Assembly (NCBI GenBank): GCA_049512935.1
Contig: JBEKWR010000006.1
Span: 64,001 to 128,000, forward strand
Direction: 5' to 3'
Origin: Candidatus Bathyarchaeia archaeon
GTDB lineage: Archaea; Thermoproteota; Bathyarchaeia; Bathyarchaeales; Bathycorpusculaceae
Length of the DNA: 64,000 bases
Part shown: in pieces, positions 1 through 9,876 of the stretch
How positions within the stretch are numbered: position 1 is the stretch's first letter
Layout: the number at the start of each line of letters is the position of its first letter
The notes under the pieces: model-generated
What the model saw: the letters and a program-made list of their open reading frames with translations, nothing else
Databases searched by the model: none
What the model was told of the DNA's origin: nothing
Position numbers and translations under genes: made by a program

Positions 1-66
1 AAGGAATTCAAGAATACCCAAATAGTCACTGTCAAGCAAATGCTCAACATCTTGGACGAAACCTGA
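1..66 (+). CDS. 3' end of a probable PIN-domain (VapC-like) toxin, partial at window edge
   Basis: Frame 1 reads KEFKNTQIVTVKQMLNILDET*, like the typical C-terminus of archaeal PIN-family TA toxins; lies near an MNT-HEPN pair. Confidence 0.45.
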   Translation, partial: KEFKNTQIVTVKQMLNILDET

Positions 67-318
67 AATGGTCACCGCCATTTTACCTATTAGCGGCGAC
101 TGGGTCTCACCGGTTAAGATTTAGAAGCGTTCTTACAGGCGTAAAAGGCGCGGCAACGGACCGAAAAAGCCGATGGCAAGGCGGCGAATTCAAAAGACAT
201 CGCAAAAAAACTCAACAAGCTCGTCGAGCAGCACAGGGAACGACGGGAAAAAGCCAAAGACGTCATCGAACAATACCACATAAAACGTTAACTTCGGCAC
301 TATGCCCCTTTGGCTCGG

Positions 319-687
319 TTATTTCAGCTCTTCAAGAACTTTTCTAAATTGCAGTTTGAGATTTGGAAGAATTTCCTTTGCTGTCACCCACAAAAGTTCC
401 TTATCCGCGCTGAAATATTCGTGAGTAAGATCAGTTCGCATATTCCTTAATCGATCATACGGAATGCGGTAGGTGTAGAACAAGTTTCTAATTTGCTTAT
501 GCTTAGATAAGACGCGTACAGCCTCACCGATATTTCTTACGAGGTCATCAACCGCATAGACCCTTATTTCGTCTTTTAGAAACTGTTCACATGTTAACCC
601 TTTAGTAATCGCTTCTATTTTCTCAATGTAAAAAATGATTTCTGACAGGTAAAGCAGAGGGCTTCTTTCCAGATGATCTTCACTCAT
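319..687 (-). CDS. hepT: HepT-like HEPN ribonuclease toxin (DUF86)
   Basis: 122 aa; Rx4HxY motif (RTDLTHEY) and IGEA motif; 4-nt overlap with upstream MNT gene. Confidence 0.9.
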   Translation of the reverse strand: MSEDHLERSPLLYLSEIIFYIEKIEAITKGLTCEQFLKDEIRVYAVDDLVRNIGEAVRVLSKHKQIRNLFYTYRIPYDRLRNMRTDLTHEYFSADKELLWVTAKEILPNLKLQFRKVLEELK

Positions 688-995
688 ACTGGTATCGCTT
701 CACTGAGCACGTGGTCTTTAATGACTGGATTTAGATATTTCTTTGAGACAACATCTACTTTAACGTGCAGTTTTCTTCTAAGGTAACTTCTAAGACCCGC
801 CACTAACAGCAGATCTGCCCCCTCAGAATAAGTTACCAGAATGTCAATATCGCTTTTTTCGGTCTGTTCTCCGCGTGCGTAGGACCCAAAAATATCTACG
901 GTTTCCACCTTGAACCGTTTCTTTAACGTGGGTTTTAATGCCTGAAGCTGCTGTTTCACTTCGTCAAGTGACCTTTGCATGCGAAGTAACTCCAA
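684..995 (-). CDS. mntA: Minimal nucleotidyltransferase antitoxin (MNT)
   Basis: FGSYARGEQTEKSDIDILV = GSx10DxD motif, ~100 aa, paired with HEPN gene. Confidence 0.92.
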   Translation of the reverse strand: MELLRMQRSLDEVKQQLQALKPTLKKRFKVETVDIFGSYARGEQTEKSDIDILVTYSEGADLLLVAGLRSYLRRKLHVKVDVVSKKYLNPVIKDHVLSEAIPV

Positions 996-1108
996 AGGGT
1001 GCTTAATTACTCTTTTTGAAGCTTTTGCTTCTTTAACTTTATGGATAAAAAACTGTGGCTCTTGACGGCGGATTAGGCATTGGCAACCCCCTTAAGGCGA
1101 ACGATTTT

Positions 1109-1558
1109 TTATGGATACCACGTGTAGTAAGGGGTAGACCGCTGTCTTGTTAGTGCCCCGCCGATGAGCCCTGCAACTGCCGAGACGACGGCTCCTAACG
1201 CTGCAAGAAAGCCGCCTATAATGCCGATAGCTGTTCCCACTAAGCTGCCGAAAGAGCCATGGAGGATGAGACTAAAGAACCCTCCAAGCAGGGCAGCGCC
1301 AGCGAGGGCAAGCACAACAATGACTACTGCGCCAAGCAGCCCAGACAAAAAGCCAGCTATCAAGCCGCGGATGGGTCCTCCCGCTATGGCGCCAGCGGCG
1401 AACCCGCCGATAAACATGCCTACTAAGACGCCGATGAAGGGCAAGAGCACGCCGAGGGGTATGCCTATGATGAGGGATAGGACGAAGCCTGCGAAACCGC
1501 CAAGCAACACTCGGCTGACACTGTTCACCTGTTTCACCGTTGGCTGGGTGAAGACCAA
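1109..1558 (-). CDS. Gly-rich integral membrane protein (DUF5518-like)
   Basis: 149 aa, several Gly/Ala-rich hydrophobic helices. Confidence 0.65.
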   Translation of the reverse strand: MVFTQPTVKQVNSVSRVLLGGFAGFVLSLIIGIPLGVLLPFIGVLVGMFIGGFAAGAIAGGPIRGLIAGFLSGLLGAVVIVVLALAGAALLGGFFSLILHGSFGSLVGTAIGIIGGFLAALGAVVSAVAGLIGGALTRQRSTPYYTWYP

Positions 1559-1699
1559 ACTTTAAGATAAACTTTTTCGAAGCAAACCTAAAGCGTCGTG
1601 TTATGCATGCAAATCCTGCCGCGGGTTCTATGCGGCTTCAAAAAGTGTTCTGCCCATAAAGGAAAAGAGAAATAAGCTAACGCGCGACCACTTCATACG

Positions 1700-2260
1700 G
1701 TGATTTATGTGTCTGCTAAAACTCAAGTAAACATATCCTCAGCCACTAGGCTCCTGCATCCGATGCACATCGTCCTGGTTTCATGCGTCGGCAAAGCTGG
1801 CAAACCCAACATCACAACCCTCGCGTGGGCTATGCCGACCTCGATTAACCCGCCGCTTGTCGCCATCAGCCTCGCGCCGACACGGCACTCCCACTTGCTG
1901 ATTGAGGAGTCAGGCGAATTCGTTGTGAACATTCCGACGCTGGAGATACTGCAAGCCGTTTACGCGTGCGGATCATTGACGGGAAGAAGCTTTGACAAAT
2001 TCAAAAAAACAAACCTGACGCCCATGCCAGCCAAAAAGGTGAAGACGCCAGCAATCCGCGAATGCATCGCGCATCTCGAATGCACAGTCGAAGACAAATT
2101 TACCACGGGCGACCACACGGTTTTCGTCGGCAAAATAGTTGAAGCCTACGCTGACCAAGGCGTCTTCACTGAAAGCTATGACCTGAAAAAAGCCCGCATG
2201 CTCTACCATCTGGGCGGCAACAACTTCGCCATACTTGACCCCAAAACCTACAAACCCTAA
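1700..2260 (+). CDS. Flavin reductase-like FMN-binding protein
   Basis: PNITTLAW, SINPPLVAI, SGEFVVNIP and GDHTVFVGKIV motifs. Confidence 0.9.
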   Translation: MIYVSAKTQVNISSATRLLHPMHIVLVSCVGKAGKPNITTLAWAMPTSINPPLVAISLAPTRHSHLLIEESGEFVVNIPTLEILQAVYACGSLTGRSFDKFKKTNLTPMPAKKVKTPAIRECIAHLECTVEDKFTTGDHTVFVGKIVEAYADQGVFTESYDLKKARMLYHLGGNNFAILDPKTYKP

Positions 2261-2362
2261 GCCACCCAAACCGCAGCGCTTAATTCCAGAGAACCCGTCG
2301 CCAGTGGGTTACGCATTTAAGCATCTACTGCGTTAATCCAAACAGCGAAAAAGTGAGCGGCA

Positions 2363-3268
2363 ATGGCATACGACCGGGAAGAAATTGAGAAATTCCGTTT
2401 ATCAGGGCGGATCCTGCGTGAAACAAGAGAGGAAATGAAAAACCACGTTAAAGAAAACATGCTAATCATCGACGTCTGCGAAAAAACCGAGGCGTTGATC
2501 CGAGCTAAAGGAGGCAAACCCGCTTTCCCCTGCAACGTCAGCATAAACGAGGTAACTGCCCATTACACTTCGCCGCCGGGTGACACGTCGAGGATTCCTG
2601 AGGGCTCCACGGTTAAGGTTGATCTCGGAGTTCAAGTTGACGGATACGTAACCGACACCGCGTTCACGGCATGCTTCAACTCTGAGGGCAGGGCAATGGC
2701 TAACACGGCGGAAGCTGCTTTGAAGGTAGCCATCGAAAACATCCACGGAGACATGGCGCTGGGGAAAATCGGAGGCTTAATAGAGACCACGATTAGAAAC
2801 CGCGGGTTCAAACCCATCTCGAACCTCACTGGGCACTCGGTTGGCAGGTACTTGATTCATGCTGGGCTGTCTATACCTAACGTGGCTGAAACGTTGTCGC
2901 TTGCCAAAGTCAAGGCTGGAGAAGTCTACGCCATTGAACCGTTCGTCACTTTGCCAGATGCCGTTGGCCGCGTTGACGATAGCCCGCAGTATACCATTTA
3001 TCGCCTGCTCAAAGCAAAATCCGTTAAATCTAAATCTGCTAAAAAACTGCTCAAGCACATCGAAGTTAATTTTAGGACTTTGCCGTTTGCTGAAAGGTGG
3101 CTTATCGGCGTTGTTCCCAAAGAGCAACATGGTGCCGCGTTCAAGGAGCTGCTTTCTTCAAAAGCAATAATGAGTTACCCTGTTTTTGTTGAAGTAAGCA
3201 AGAAACCTGTTGCCCAAGCCGAACACACTCTGCTGCTGAACGCTGAAGGCTGCGAAGTCTTAACTTAG
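2363..3268 (+). CDS. map: Type II methionine aminopeptidase
   Basis: AFPCNVSINEVTAHY, KVDLGVQVDGYVTDTAFT, NLTGHS, AIEPF and AQAEHT motifs. Confidence 0.97.
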   Translation: MAYDREEIEKFRLSGRILRETREEMKNHVKENMLIIDVCEKTEALIRAKGGKPAFPCNVSINEVTAHYTSPPGDTSRIPEGSTVKVDLGVQVDGYVTDTAFTACFNSEGRAMANTAEAALKVAIENIHGDMALGKIGGLIETTIRNRGFKPISNLTGHSVGRYLIHAGLSIPNVAETLSLAKVKAGEVYAIEPFVTLPDAVGRVDDSPQYTIYRLLKAKSVKSKSAKKLLKHIEVNFRTLPFAERWLIGVVPKEQHGAAFKELLSSKAIMSYPVFVEVSKKPVAQAEHTLLLNAEGCEVLT

Positions 3269-3277
3269 GCGCCCAAG

Positions 3278-3537
3278 ATGGCTCCCGCTGAAGGGTCAAT
3301 CCTCTACGAGCCCAAGGACATTGAGGATTTAGCCAAGTTTCTTAAGGCTAACAAAGAGAAATACCATGAAATTTGGGTTGTCTTAATCAAAAAGGAGCAT
3401 GCGAACCCTCAGCCTGTTTCTTTCAATGAAGCAGTCAGCACGGCATTACGAGTGGGCTTGTTGACAGCCGAACCAAAACTTTAGATGAGAGTAGGTACGC
3501 TGTTCGCCTCACAAAAAGAAAAAACAAAAAGGCTTAG
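3278..3537 (+). pseudogene. YdeI/OmpD-associated family gene with a 1-nt frameshift
   Basis: ORF 3278-3484 (EIWVVLIKK...SFNEAV) continues in another frame as VDSRTKTLDESRYAVRLTKRK to TAG at 3535-3537. Confidence 0.7.
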
Positions 3538-3542
3538 GCGGC

Positions 3543-3998
3543 TTAGACGCCGTAGTTTTTCTCTTTTTCTTTGACTTCCTTGTACACCGCAATTACCATC
3601 TGTTTTCCACCGCATTTGGGGCATGGCGTGTCAAGCTCCTTGTACACGAAGTCTCCGCGTTGAAATTCACGGACGGTTTTGGAGTCGCAGCCTGTGTTGG
3701 TGCACCCGATTGTCGTCATTATTTTTGGGATGTCAATCTTCATTTCTGCAACTTGCCTCCTTGACTGGAAAAGCGTGACTGATGACATGGTTAGGGCGAT
3801 TAAACCGATTATCGCTAAGACTCCTGCGGCTGCATAATCGCCTGATCGGGTTGAGCCGGTTGAAGTTGACGCTGTGTAAGCGAGGTTAACCGCAAGCAGT
3901 AGAGCTATGACGGCGAGCGCCATAACGATTACAACGATCATGGTTATGTAGTTTGAGATTTTTTTGGTGGATGCTGATGTTTGGTCTTTTTGTGCCAT
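3543..3998 (-). CDS. Conserved archaeal membrane protein with C-terminal zinc ribbon
   Basis: 2 TM helices, then CTNTGC...REFQRGDFV...CPKC; downstream of DUF1512. Confidence 0.8.
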   Translation of the reverse strand: MAQKDQTSASTKKISNYITMIVVIVMALAVIALLLAVNLAYTASTSTGSTRSGDYAAAGVLAIIGLIALTMSSVTLFQSRRQVAEMKIDIPKIMTTIGCTNTGCDSKTVREFQRGDFVYKELDTPCPKCGGKQMVIAVYKEVKEKEKNYGV

Positions 3999-4012
3999 TT
4001 GTCTTGTCCTCC

Positions 4013-5185
4013 TTATTGTCCTACTCCGATGGAGTTGCCGACACCCACGATAATGATTTTGTCGCCTTCCTTGGTGCGCTCCAACACGACGTTTCTAACT
4101 CTTTCAATGACTGGGTCAACCGCATCGTTGATTTCCTTGCGCATCGGCGACACGGCGTCTCCGATGTCCTCCTTGATTATCACAGCGTTGATTGGAATCT
4201 TGTACTTCGTCAGTTTTGCTTCAATCTTGTACTGGTCAACGCCTGGTCCGCCGATTGCCGCGCCGATGCCCTCAGCAACTTCGCCTACCGTTTCGCCTTC
4301 CAGCTTCAAGCCAGCGTCGATCATGATGACCATGCCGATTTTACCCTCGTTTTCCTCAATTACGGCTTCAACTGCGTCGCCTGGTTTGCCGACGTTGCCG
4401 CCTGGGCCTTCAGCTTTTATGACCAATGCGGTGCGTCCTGCAAACGGAACGGTTGCCATGACGCAGTCTTTGTATAGTTTGCGGATTTCGTAGCCGTGCA
4501 TGAGTTTCGCCGCGACCAGCGGTCCTGCGCCGTCGCCGATTGGTTGACCGTACGCGAAGGCTTTAAGTGCGCTTGCATAAGCCTCGGCTTCTTTCATTAT
4601 CATGGGCAGTATCATCTGTATCTGCATTATGACGTAGAGGCTTAGGGTTTTCTTTCCTTGAATGTAGTAGTGCCTTATGACTTTGTAGATGAAGTTCAAC
4701 GCCATGGCAGCTTCTAATGTGTTTTCTAAATTGTTCACCTGAACTTCGTCGCTTGCGGGCGCCATAAGTTTGACTTCGTCTTTCATTCGGTCGTCCCTGA
4801 CGTCGAGGATGTGGTCAAGCTTGTAAACGATGCCTGCAGGGTCCATGTTTTGCGGACCGATCGTGAAGTATTCCAAGAAGCGGTCAACACGGGCAGAAGG
4901 GTCAGAGGTTGGTTTCCCAATTTCCTTTATCGCTTCAATAGTGACTTTTCGCCCTTCCTCTTTGATGTACTTCAGCTTATGAAGCGAGTTCTCTACCTCG
5001 CGGATCATAACGTACATCTGGATTCTTTGACCGTAGAAAATCAAAACTATGAAGAACACGTATGAAAGAAGACTCAAATAAGTCAGCCAGTTGTTTGAGC
5101 TGCCGCCGAGCTGATTTGTAGTTACGGGCAGCGTCGCTACCGACATTACCCGCGCTAGTGCGCCGCTTTCTGGGATAAGACTCAA
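4013..5185 (-). CDS. DUF1512 family protein
   Basis: N-terminal TM; PIGDGAGPLVA, KAEGPGGNVGKPG, IDAGLKLEGE and GVGNSIGVGQ motifs. Confidence 0.9.
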   Translation of the reverse strand: MSLIPESGALARVMSVATLPVTTNQLGGSSNNWLTYLSLLSYVFFIVLIFYGQRIQMYVMIREVENSLHKLKYIKEEGRKVTIEAIKEIGKPTSDPSARVDRFLEYFTIGPQNMDPAGIVYKLDHILDVRDDRMKDEVKLMAPASDEVQVNNLENTLEAAMALNFIYKVIRHYYIQGKKTLSLYVIMQIQMILPMIMKEAEAYASALKAFAYGQPIGDGAGPLVAAKLMHGYEIRKLYKDCVMATVPFAGRTALVIKAEGPGGNVGKPGDAVEAVIEENEGKIGMVIMIDAGLKLEGETVGEVAEGIGAAIGGPGVDQYKIEAKLTKYKIPINAVIIKEDIGDAVSPMRKEINDAVDPVIERVRNVVLERTKEGDKIIIVGVGNSIGVGQ

Positions 5186-5266
5186 CTATTACACCACTTC
5201 TCAAAAAACATTAACGGTTAGTTATAAAGCTATGCCAAATCTACCAGTAAAAGTTTAGGGTAAAAA

Positions 5267-5390
5267 GTGGCTGCCAGCTTTCCCAGGTTCACGTGGCCTA
5301 AGACCACACTACAGCTGGAAACGGAACACGGTTTAACTTCTGAGTTCGGAATGGGATCAGGTGGAACCCGTGCCCTTTGACCGGCAAACC
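5267..5390 (-). rRNA. rrf: 5S ribosomal RNA, unlinked from 16S/23S
   Basis: Reverse complement contains CACCTGATCCCATTCCGAACTCAGAAGTTAAACC; terminal helix TGCCGGT/GCTGGCA; ~122 nt. Confidence 0.95.
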
Positions 5391-5485
5391 AACCATTACA
5401 CCTAAACTTTCCTTCATTAACCTTTCGCTTTTGCTTTCCTAAAAGCGGCTTAGGAGGCTGTTTTTTCCGTGGTACCCCCTTGAGT

Positions 5486-6400
5486 TTAATGGAGAAGTGC
5501 GCCTAGATTGCGGGGTAGCTCGTTGCTGTAGTCCGTGAGGCTCAGGGTCTTCATCTTAGTAACGGTGTCCGCAGGAAGCTCCGCAGTAGGTGTCCCAGCC
5601 AAGAGCAGTTTGGTTTCTTGCTCCGTAAATTCCGCTGTCTCACCGACGACGTTGAGGTATGGCTTGTTTTCCGGGCAGGCAGCTTGGCATCGAATGCAGC
5701 CAATGATGCAGTTGTGCCATTCAGGCTTAATCCAGGCTGGAAAGGGGATTTTGCCGTCCTTCTCGTTATGGAATGTGAGGCACCGCTCAGCATGAAGAAG
5801 AAAGCGGTCTGAGGATATGGCGCCAGTCGGGCAGGCGGCTTGGCATAGCTTGCAGTTTCCGCAGCGGTCCATCGTTTTTGCTTCTTGCCAACTGTCGCTT
5901 TCACAGGGCATGTCGGAGTAGACGGCGGTCAAACGCATGAAGCTGCCCATGCCTTGAGCGTAGGTTATGTTGTTTTTCCCGTACATTACCAAGCCGCTTC
6001 GGCTGGCAAGGAGCTTCAACGGAAGCTGAGGCGTAGCAATCTTGTAGCCTTCCTTGCCTACGGCTTCAGCGACCAAACGTTCGATGTGGAGGCGTTTCTC
6101 GTCAAAGGCGGTGTAGGTCGGTGGCAGGATGAAAGACCGCTTTTCTCCTTTCCAGGTGAAAATTGCTTTAGTGATGGGTCGAGGCATGGCGACGATGATT
6201 ATGGATTTTGCGTCTTTTAGTTCGTCTGGAGAGAGAAACTTGAACCTGTCTAAGTAGGTGCGAGCGAATTCCAAATCAAATTCGCCTCGGTCTCGGCGGG
6301 TTTCGATTTCCCGTTGCAACTCGGGCAGGTGGCTTGTTGACACGGTGCGGAACTTGCAGTTTTCTTCTGTCAACTCGCGGAATGCTTCTTTTGCGCTCAT
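5486..6400 (-). CDS. Epoxyqueuosine reductase (QueG)-like 2x[4Fe-4S] protein
   Basis: AKSIIIVAMP, KLLASRSGLVMYGKNN, CGNCKLCQAACPTGAI and GCIRCQAACPEN motifs. Confidence 0.8.
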   Translation of the reverse strand: MSAKEAFRELTEENCKFRTVSTSHLPELQREIETRRDRGEFDLEFARTYLDRFKFLSPDELKDAKSIIIVAMPRPITKAIFTWKGEKRSFILPPTYTAFDEKRLHIERLVAEAVGKEGYKIATPQLPLKLLASRSGLVMYGKNNITYAQGMGSFMRLTAVYSDMPCESDSWQEAKTMDRCGNCKLCQAACPTGAISSDRFLLHAERCLTFHNEKDGKIPFPAWIKPEWHNCIIGCIRCQAACPENKPYLNVVGETAEFTEQETKLLLAGTPTAELPADTVTKMKTLSLTDYSNELPRNLGALLH

Positions 6401-6504
6401 GGGTTTGATTATGCGTTTTTTTGCTTATTTGTTTATGCTTGCCCTCGGCTTGGGCGCAAATTATAAAACAACTTGCCGCCATTAAGGCTGCTGAGGAACA
6501 AGAC

Positions 6505-7116
6505 TTGCCTTCCGCAAGGGCTAGAAAGCAAAGATTAGGCGCAGTTGCAGGAATTTTAACCCCTGTACTTGCGTTTACCTGCATTCTTTTAGCAATAGCT
6601 TCTTACCCCTCCTTCAGCTGGACAAACAATGCGTTAAGCGACTTAGGCGTCATTTCAGGCGTAACTGGACCGCTCTTCAATTTTGGGCTTTACGCAAGCG
6701 GGTTTTTGGGGTTAATCTTTTCGCTCCTCGGCTTATTCACCTATGTCGGGAAAGGCGTTATTGGAAAAGTCGGATCCTTATTCTTCGCGGCGACAACAGT
6801 GGCGCTTATGGCTATCGGCGTTTTTAACGAAAGCTTCTCAGGATGGCACTTTGCTTTTTCCGCTGCGTTCTTTGTTTTGGCTCCCGTTTCATTGTTCATT
6901 ATTACGTGTGCTTTTGTGCTTGAACGTCAAACGCGAATGGCGTTTTTCACTGTTGGAATCGGAGTCATTGCGGCTCTACCCTGGATACTGCAGTTTGCTT
7001 TCAATTACGTGCCAAGCGTTGCTATTCCAGAAACTGTTTCGGGGCTTGCCGTTTCAGCATGGACCATTGCCCTCAGCTACCGAATACTGAAACAAGCCAA
7101 GTTGACTATTTCTTAG
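6505..7116 (+). CDS. DUF998 family membrane protein (start estimated; frame open from 6421)
   Basis: YPSFSWTNNALSDLG motif, GVFNE...H, ~6 TM helices. Confidence 0.8.
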   Translation: MPSARARKQRLGAVAGILTPVLAFTCILLAIASYPSFSWTNNALSDLGVISGVTGPLFNFGLYASGFLGLIFSLLGLFTYVGKGVIGKVGSLFFAATTVALMAIGVFNESFSGWHFAFSAAFFVLAPVSLFIITCAFVLERQTRMAFFTVGIGVIAALPWILQFAFNYVPSVAIPETVSGLAVSAWTIALSYRILKQAKLTIS

Positions 7117-8107
7117 TTTTCGAGTCGGCGTCCAAGTACATTTGAGCGCAGCAGTAAGAAGAAAACGAAGTCGTCCAACCCTTGCATTCGGCGTATTTTA
7201 CCGCTTCCTCGCTGGGGAAAGCAACGGCGTCCACCCCGGCTTTCAACGCTAAAACGTCTCCTTCACTGCGAGCTGCGCCTTTGGGTCTCATGCAGCCCAG
7301 AATCAGCGGCGTCTCTGGAAACATCAAACGCGTGACAGCAGCGACTTTGGCTACGTCCGCTGGCGTGGGCGGCGGCGTTTTTTCCATGGCTGTACCGCGT
7401 ATAGGCATGAACGCTATTATCACCAGCGCGGAGGGCTTAACGCTTCTGATCATCTTGAGAGCTTCGAGTTCGCCGTCCAGTTTGCCGTCGTTTAACCCGA
7501 CGATTACGTGGGGCACAAAGTTGCAGCCTGACTTTTCCAAAGCTTCAAGCGAGTCAGCGTAGTCTTGCGGCGTAACATTGAGGTTGAGGGCTTTTCTTAT
7601 TGTTTCAGCGGAGCCGATAACGTCAATTAACGCCGCGTCGACCCCAGCCTTTTTGAGCGCAACGGCACTTTCAAGCGTTACGATTCCTGTGTGAACGAAA
7701 ACTGTCAAGCCGAGCTCCCGCTTAACCCGCTCAAGCGCAGGCGCGAAGCCGTTGAGGGGCACTGAACCGTCAGGCAAGCATCCGCCGCTGACAAGGCAGC
7801 CCACAGCGCCAGCCCTCTTAAGCCTTGAGCATAACTCAAAAAGTTCCTCGGATGAAAGCGCGGGATGCATGGTTTCAAGGACTTTGCCGCCGCAGTGCTT
7901 GCAGTTTAAAGCGCAGAATGTGCCTGTGACAGAAACGGTTGGAAAACTCGTCGGTGATGAACGGTAGTGCTTTGTCTTGTAGTAGGTGAAGCTGGGCGCG
8001 TAGAAACGGATTTGTTTTGGTTTAGGCGTGAAAAAGCCTGAGTCCAGCAGGCTTAACAGTTCTTTTGGGTTTAGTCTCCAGATAACTTCGGGGGTTGGTT
8101 GTGGCAT
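7106..8107 (-). CDS. Radical SAM protein (biotin-synthase-related uncharacterised family)
   Basis: CALNCKHC (Cx3Cx2C), GCLVSGGC, VPHVIVGL and LGCMRPKG motifs. Confidence 0.88.
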   Translation of the reverse strand: MPQPTPEVIWRLNPKELLSLLDSGFFTPKPKQIRFYAPSFTYYKTKHYRSSPTSFPTVSVTGTFCALNCKHCGGKVLETMHPALSSEELFELCSRLKRAGAVGCLVSGGCLPDGSVPLNGFAPALERVKRELGLTVFVHTGIVTLESAVALKKAGVDAALIDVIGSAETIRKALNLNVTPQDYADSLEALEKSGCNFVPHVIVGLNDGKLDGELEALKMIRSVKPSALVIIAFMPIRGTAMEKTPPPTPADVAKVAAVTRLMFPETPLILGCMRPKGAARSEGDVLALKAGVDAVAFPSEEAVKYAECKGWTTSFSSYCCAQMYLDADSKTKK

Positions 8108-8175
8108 GCTTTTCAGTGTAAGAGTCCTGTTTCCCCGCTTAATAGCTTAATGTCTTGTGTTCGCTTTTGTCGGTT

Positions 8176-8556
8176 TTATTCGATGTGCCAGCGTTTCGCA
8201 GACTTCACGATTAAGAATACGATGAAGGCAACTATTAGGAATGTGATCAATGCAACCAAGAAGTCGCCGATGCCGAAGGTTTGTTTCGTGACTGTCACTG
8301 CGTATGTTGACAGGTTGTTTAATCCTGGGATAGCCAAGCCTATCGCCGGCATAACGAAGTCTTTGACGAGCGCTTGAACCAACCCGCCTAGATATAGCGC
8401 TAAGACGAAAGCGACGGCTAAGCCTAACACCTTGTATTTTGACAGGAAATCTTTAAACTCGTTCCACAAGCCCATTGGAGGCTGAGCAGGCGGAGCTTTC
8501 TCCACTGCTTCCCTAATTTTTTTTAACTCTGCAAGAATTTCATCGTCAGTTGTCAA
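8176..8556 (-). CDS. mscL: Large-conductance mechanosensitive channel
   Basis: EFKDFLSKYKVLGLAVAFVL...GDFLVALITFLIVAFIVF. Confidence 0.88.
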   Translation of the reverse strand: MTTDDEILAELKKIREAVEKAPPAQPPMGLWNEFKDFLSKYKVLGLAVAFVLALYLGGLVQALVKDFVMPAIGLAIPGLNNLSTYAVTVTKQTFGIGDFLVALITFLIVAFIVFLIVKSAKRWHIE

Positions 8557-8726
8557 ATTTAAGACCCCTATTCTGATTATTTGTAGATTTAGATTTTAAG
8601 TTTGCGGTTGCCTATCAGCTTTGAACTTTCAGAGTCTGCCCTTGCTCGCTTACTACCAAAATATAAATATCAAGCCGCAGATATTGATTTGAAATGACAC
8701 TTCTAAAGATTTTTTTAGGTTAAATT

Positions 8727-9875
8727 ATGAACCGAAAAGAGCTTGTTAAGTTATTTAAGGATTCATTTAAAGGGTGGTTGGGGCACGGCGCGCCTATACG
8801 GGCAGCTGCCTTGACATTCTTCATTATCCTGCCGTTGCCGTCGCTCTTGCTGATTGCAGTGACTTTTTTTGCGCAGATCTACGGTCAAGGCGCCGCAACC
8901 CAGTATTTGATTCAGCAAATAAGCTCGATTGCAGGACCAGTCGTCGCACAACTATTCAAGGAACTGCTTGCAAGCGCGACGTCGCCTTTCGCAACAGTTT
9001 GGTCAGCCATCACGGCGGTGGGGTTTTCTTTGGCTGGAGGAATCGGTGCCTTCGCGATTTTGAGAGATTCGATGAATGTGATTTGGGAAGTTGAGTTGCC
9101 TAAAACCAAAAAGTTAGCGGTTAGAATTAGGCAAACGATCGGGCCTTTTCTGCTTGTCTCGTCTCTTGGGCTCATCGTTATTGCGGGAACAACCATATCG
9201 ACCGCGGTGTTCAGCGCGATAAAACTCTACTCCATAAATAAAGTCTTAACGCTGATTTCCCTTACGGCAGCACAGATTGTATTGTCGTTCGGTTTGTCAG
9301 CGGTGCTTTTCGCCATAATTTACAAGGTTCTTCCCGACCGAGAAGTACACTGGAGAGACGTGGCGTTTCCAGCGATGATGGCGGGCGTCGCATTCACCGT
9401 AACCAACTACATTCTCGGCACTTACATCCAGACCTTCACAATAACAACCATCATCGGAGCAGCAGGATCTCTAATTATCATCTTGATTTGGATCTACATT
9501 CTAAACCAAATCGTGCTTTTCGGAGCCGAACTTTCAAAAGTTTACGCCACGACATACGGTCCGCACCCGTCAGAACACGTTATAACAGCGACAGAAAAAA
9601 TATTTGATCCTTTGGAGAAGGCTGGAGAAAAAATAGAAGACGCGGTGCTGGGACCTTTGGCTGAATCACCCGAAAAACCAGCCGAGAAAGCCGAGACGCA
9701 ACCCGCCGAAAAACCTGAAGTTCAAGTTGACAAAAAAGAAGAAACGGCTAAAACCGAGGCTTCGCCAGTTGAAAAGAAGCAAAAAGAGGCAGAACCCGAA
9801 AATCTTGATGAGGGCGTGGTGGAAGTCAGCGTTAAAATCAAGCCGCCTCGAAAGAAACGTGAAAGCGAAGAGTAG
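8727..9875 (+). CDS. YihY/BrkB family membrane protein with charged low-complexity tail
   Basis: AAALTFFIILPLP, SMNVIW, IYKVLPD, GAAGSLIIILIWIY...GAEL motifs. Confidence 0.88.
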   Translation: MNRKELVKLFKDSFKGWLGHGAPIRAAALTFFIILPLPSLLLIAVTFFAQIYGQGAATQYLIQQISSIAGPVVAQLFKELLASATSPFATVWSAITAVGFSLAGGIGAFAILRDSMNVIWEVELPKTKKLAVRIRQTIGPFLLVSSLGLIVIAGTTISTAVFSAIKLYSINKVLTLISLTAAQIVLSFGLSAVLFAIIYKVLPDREVHWRDVAFPAMMAGVAFTVTNYILGTYIQTFTITTIIGAAGSLIIILIWIYILNQIVLFGAELSKVYATTYGPHPSEHVITATEKIFDPLEKAGEKIEDAVLGPLAESPEKPAEKAETQPAEKPEVQVDKKEETAKTEASPVEKKQKEAEPENLDEGVVEVSVKIKPPRKKRESEE

Positions 9876-9876
9876 A

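Noticed and set aside
145-291. Short open frame ending ...KAKDVIEQYHIKR*
   Set aside because: No start codon after the upstream in-frame stop; at most a relic
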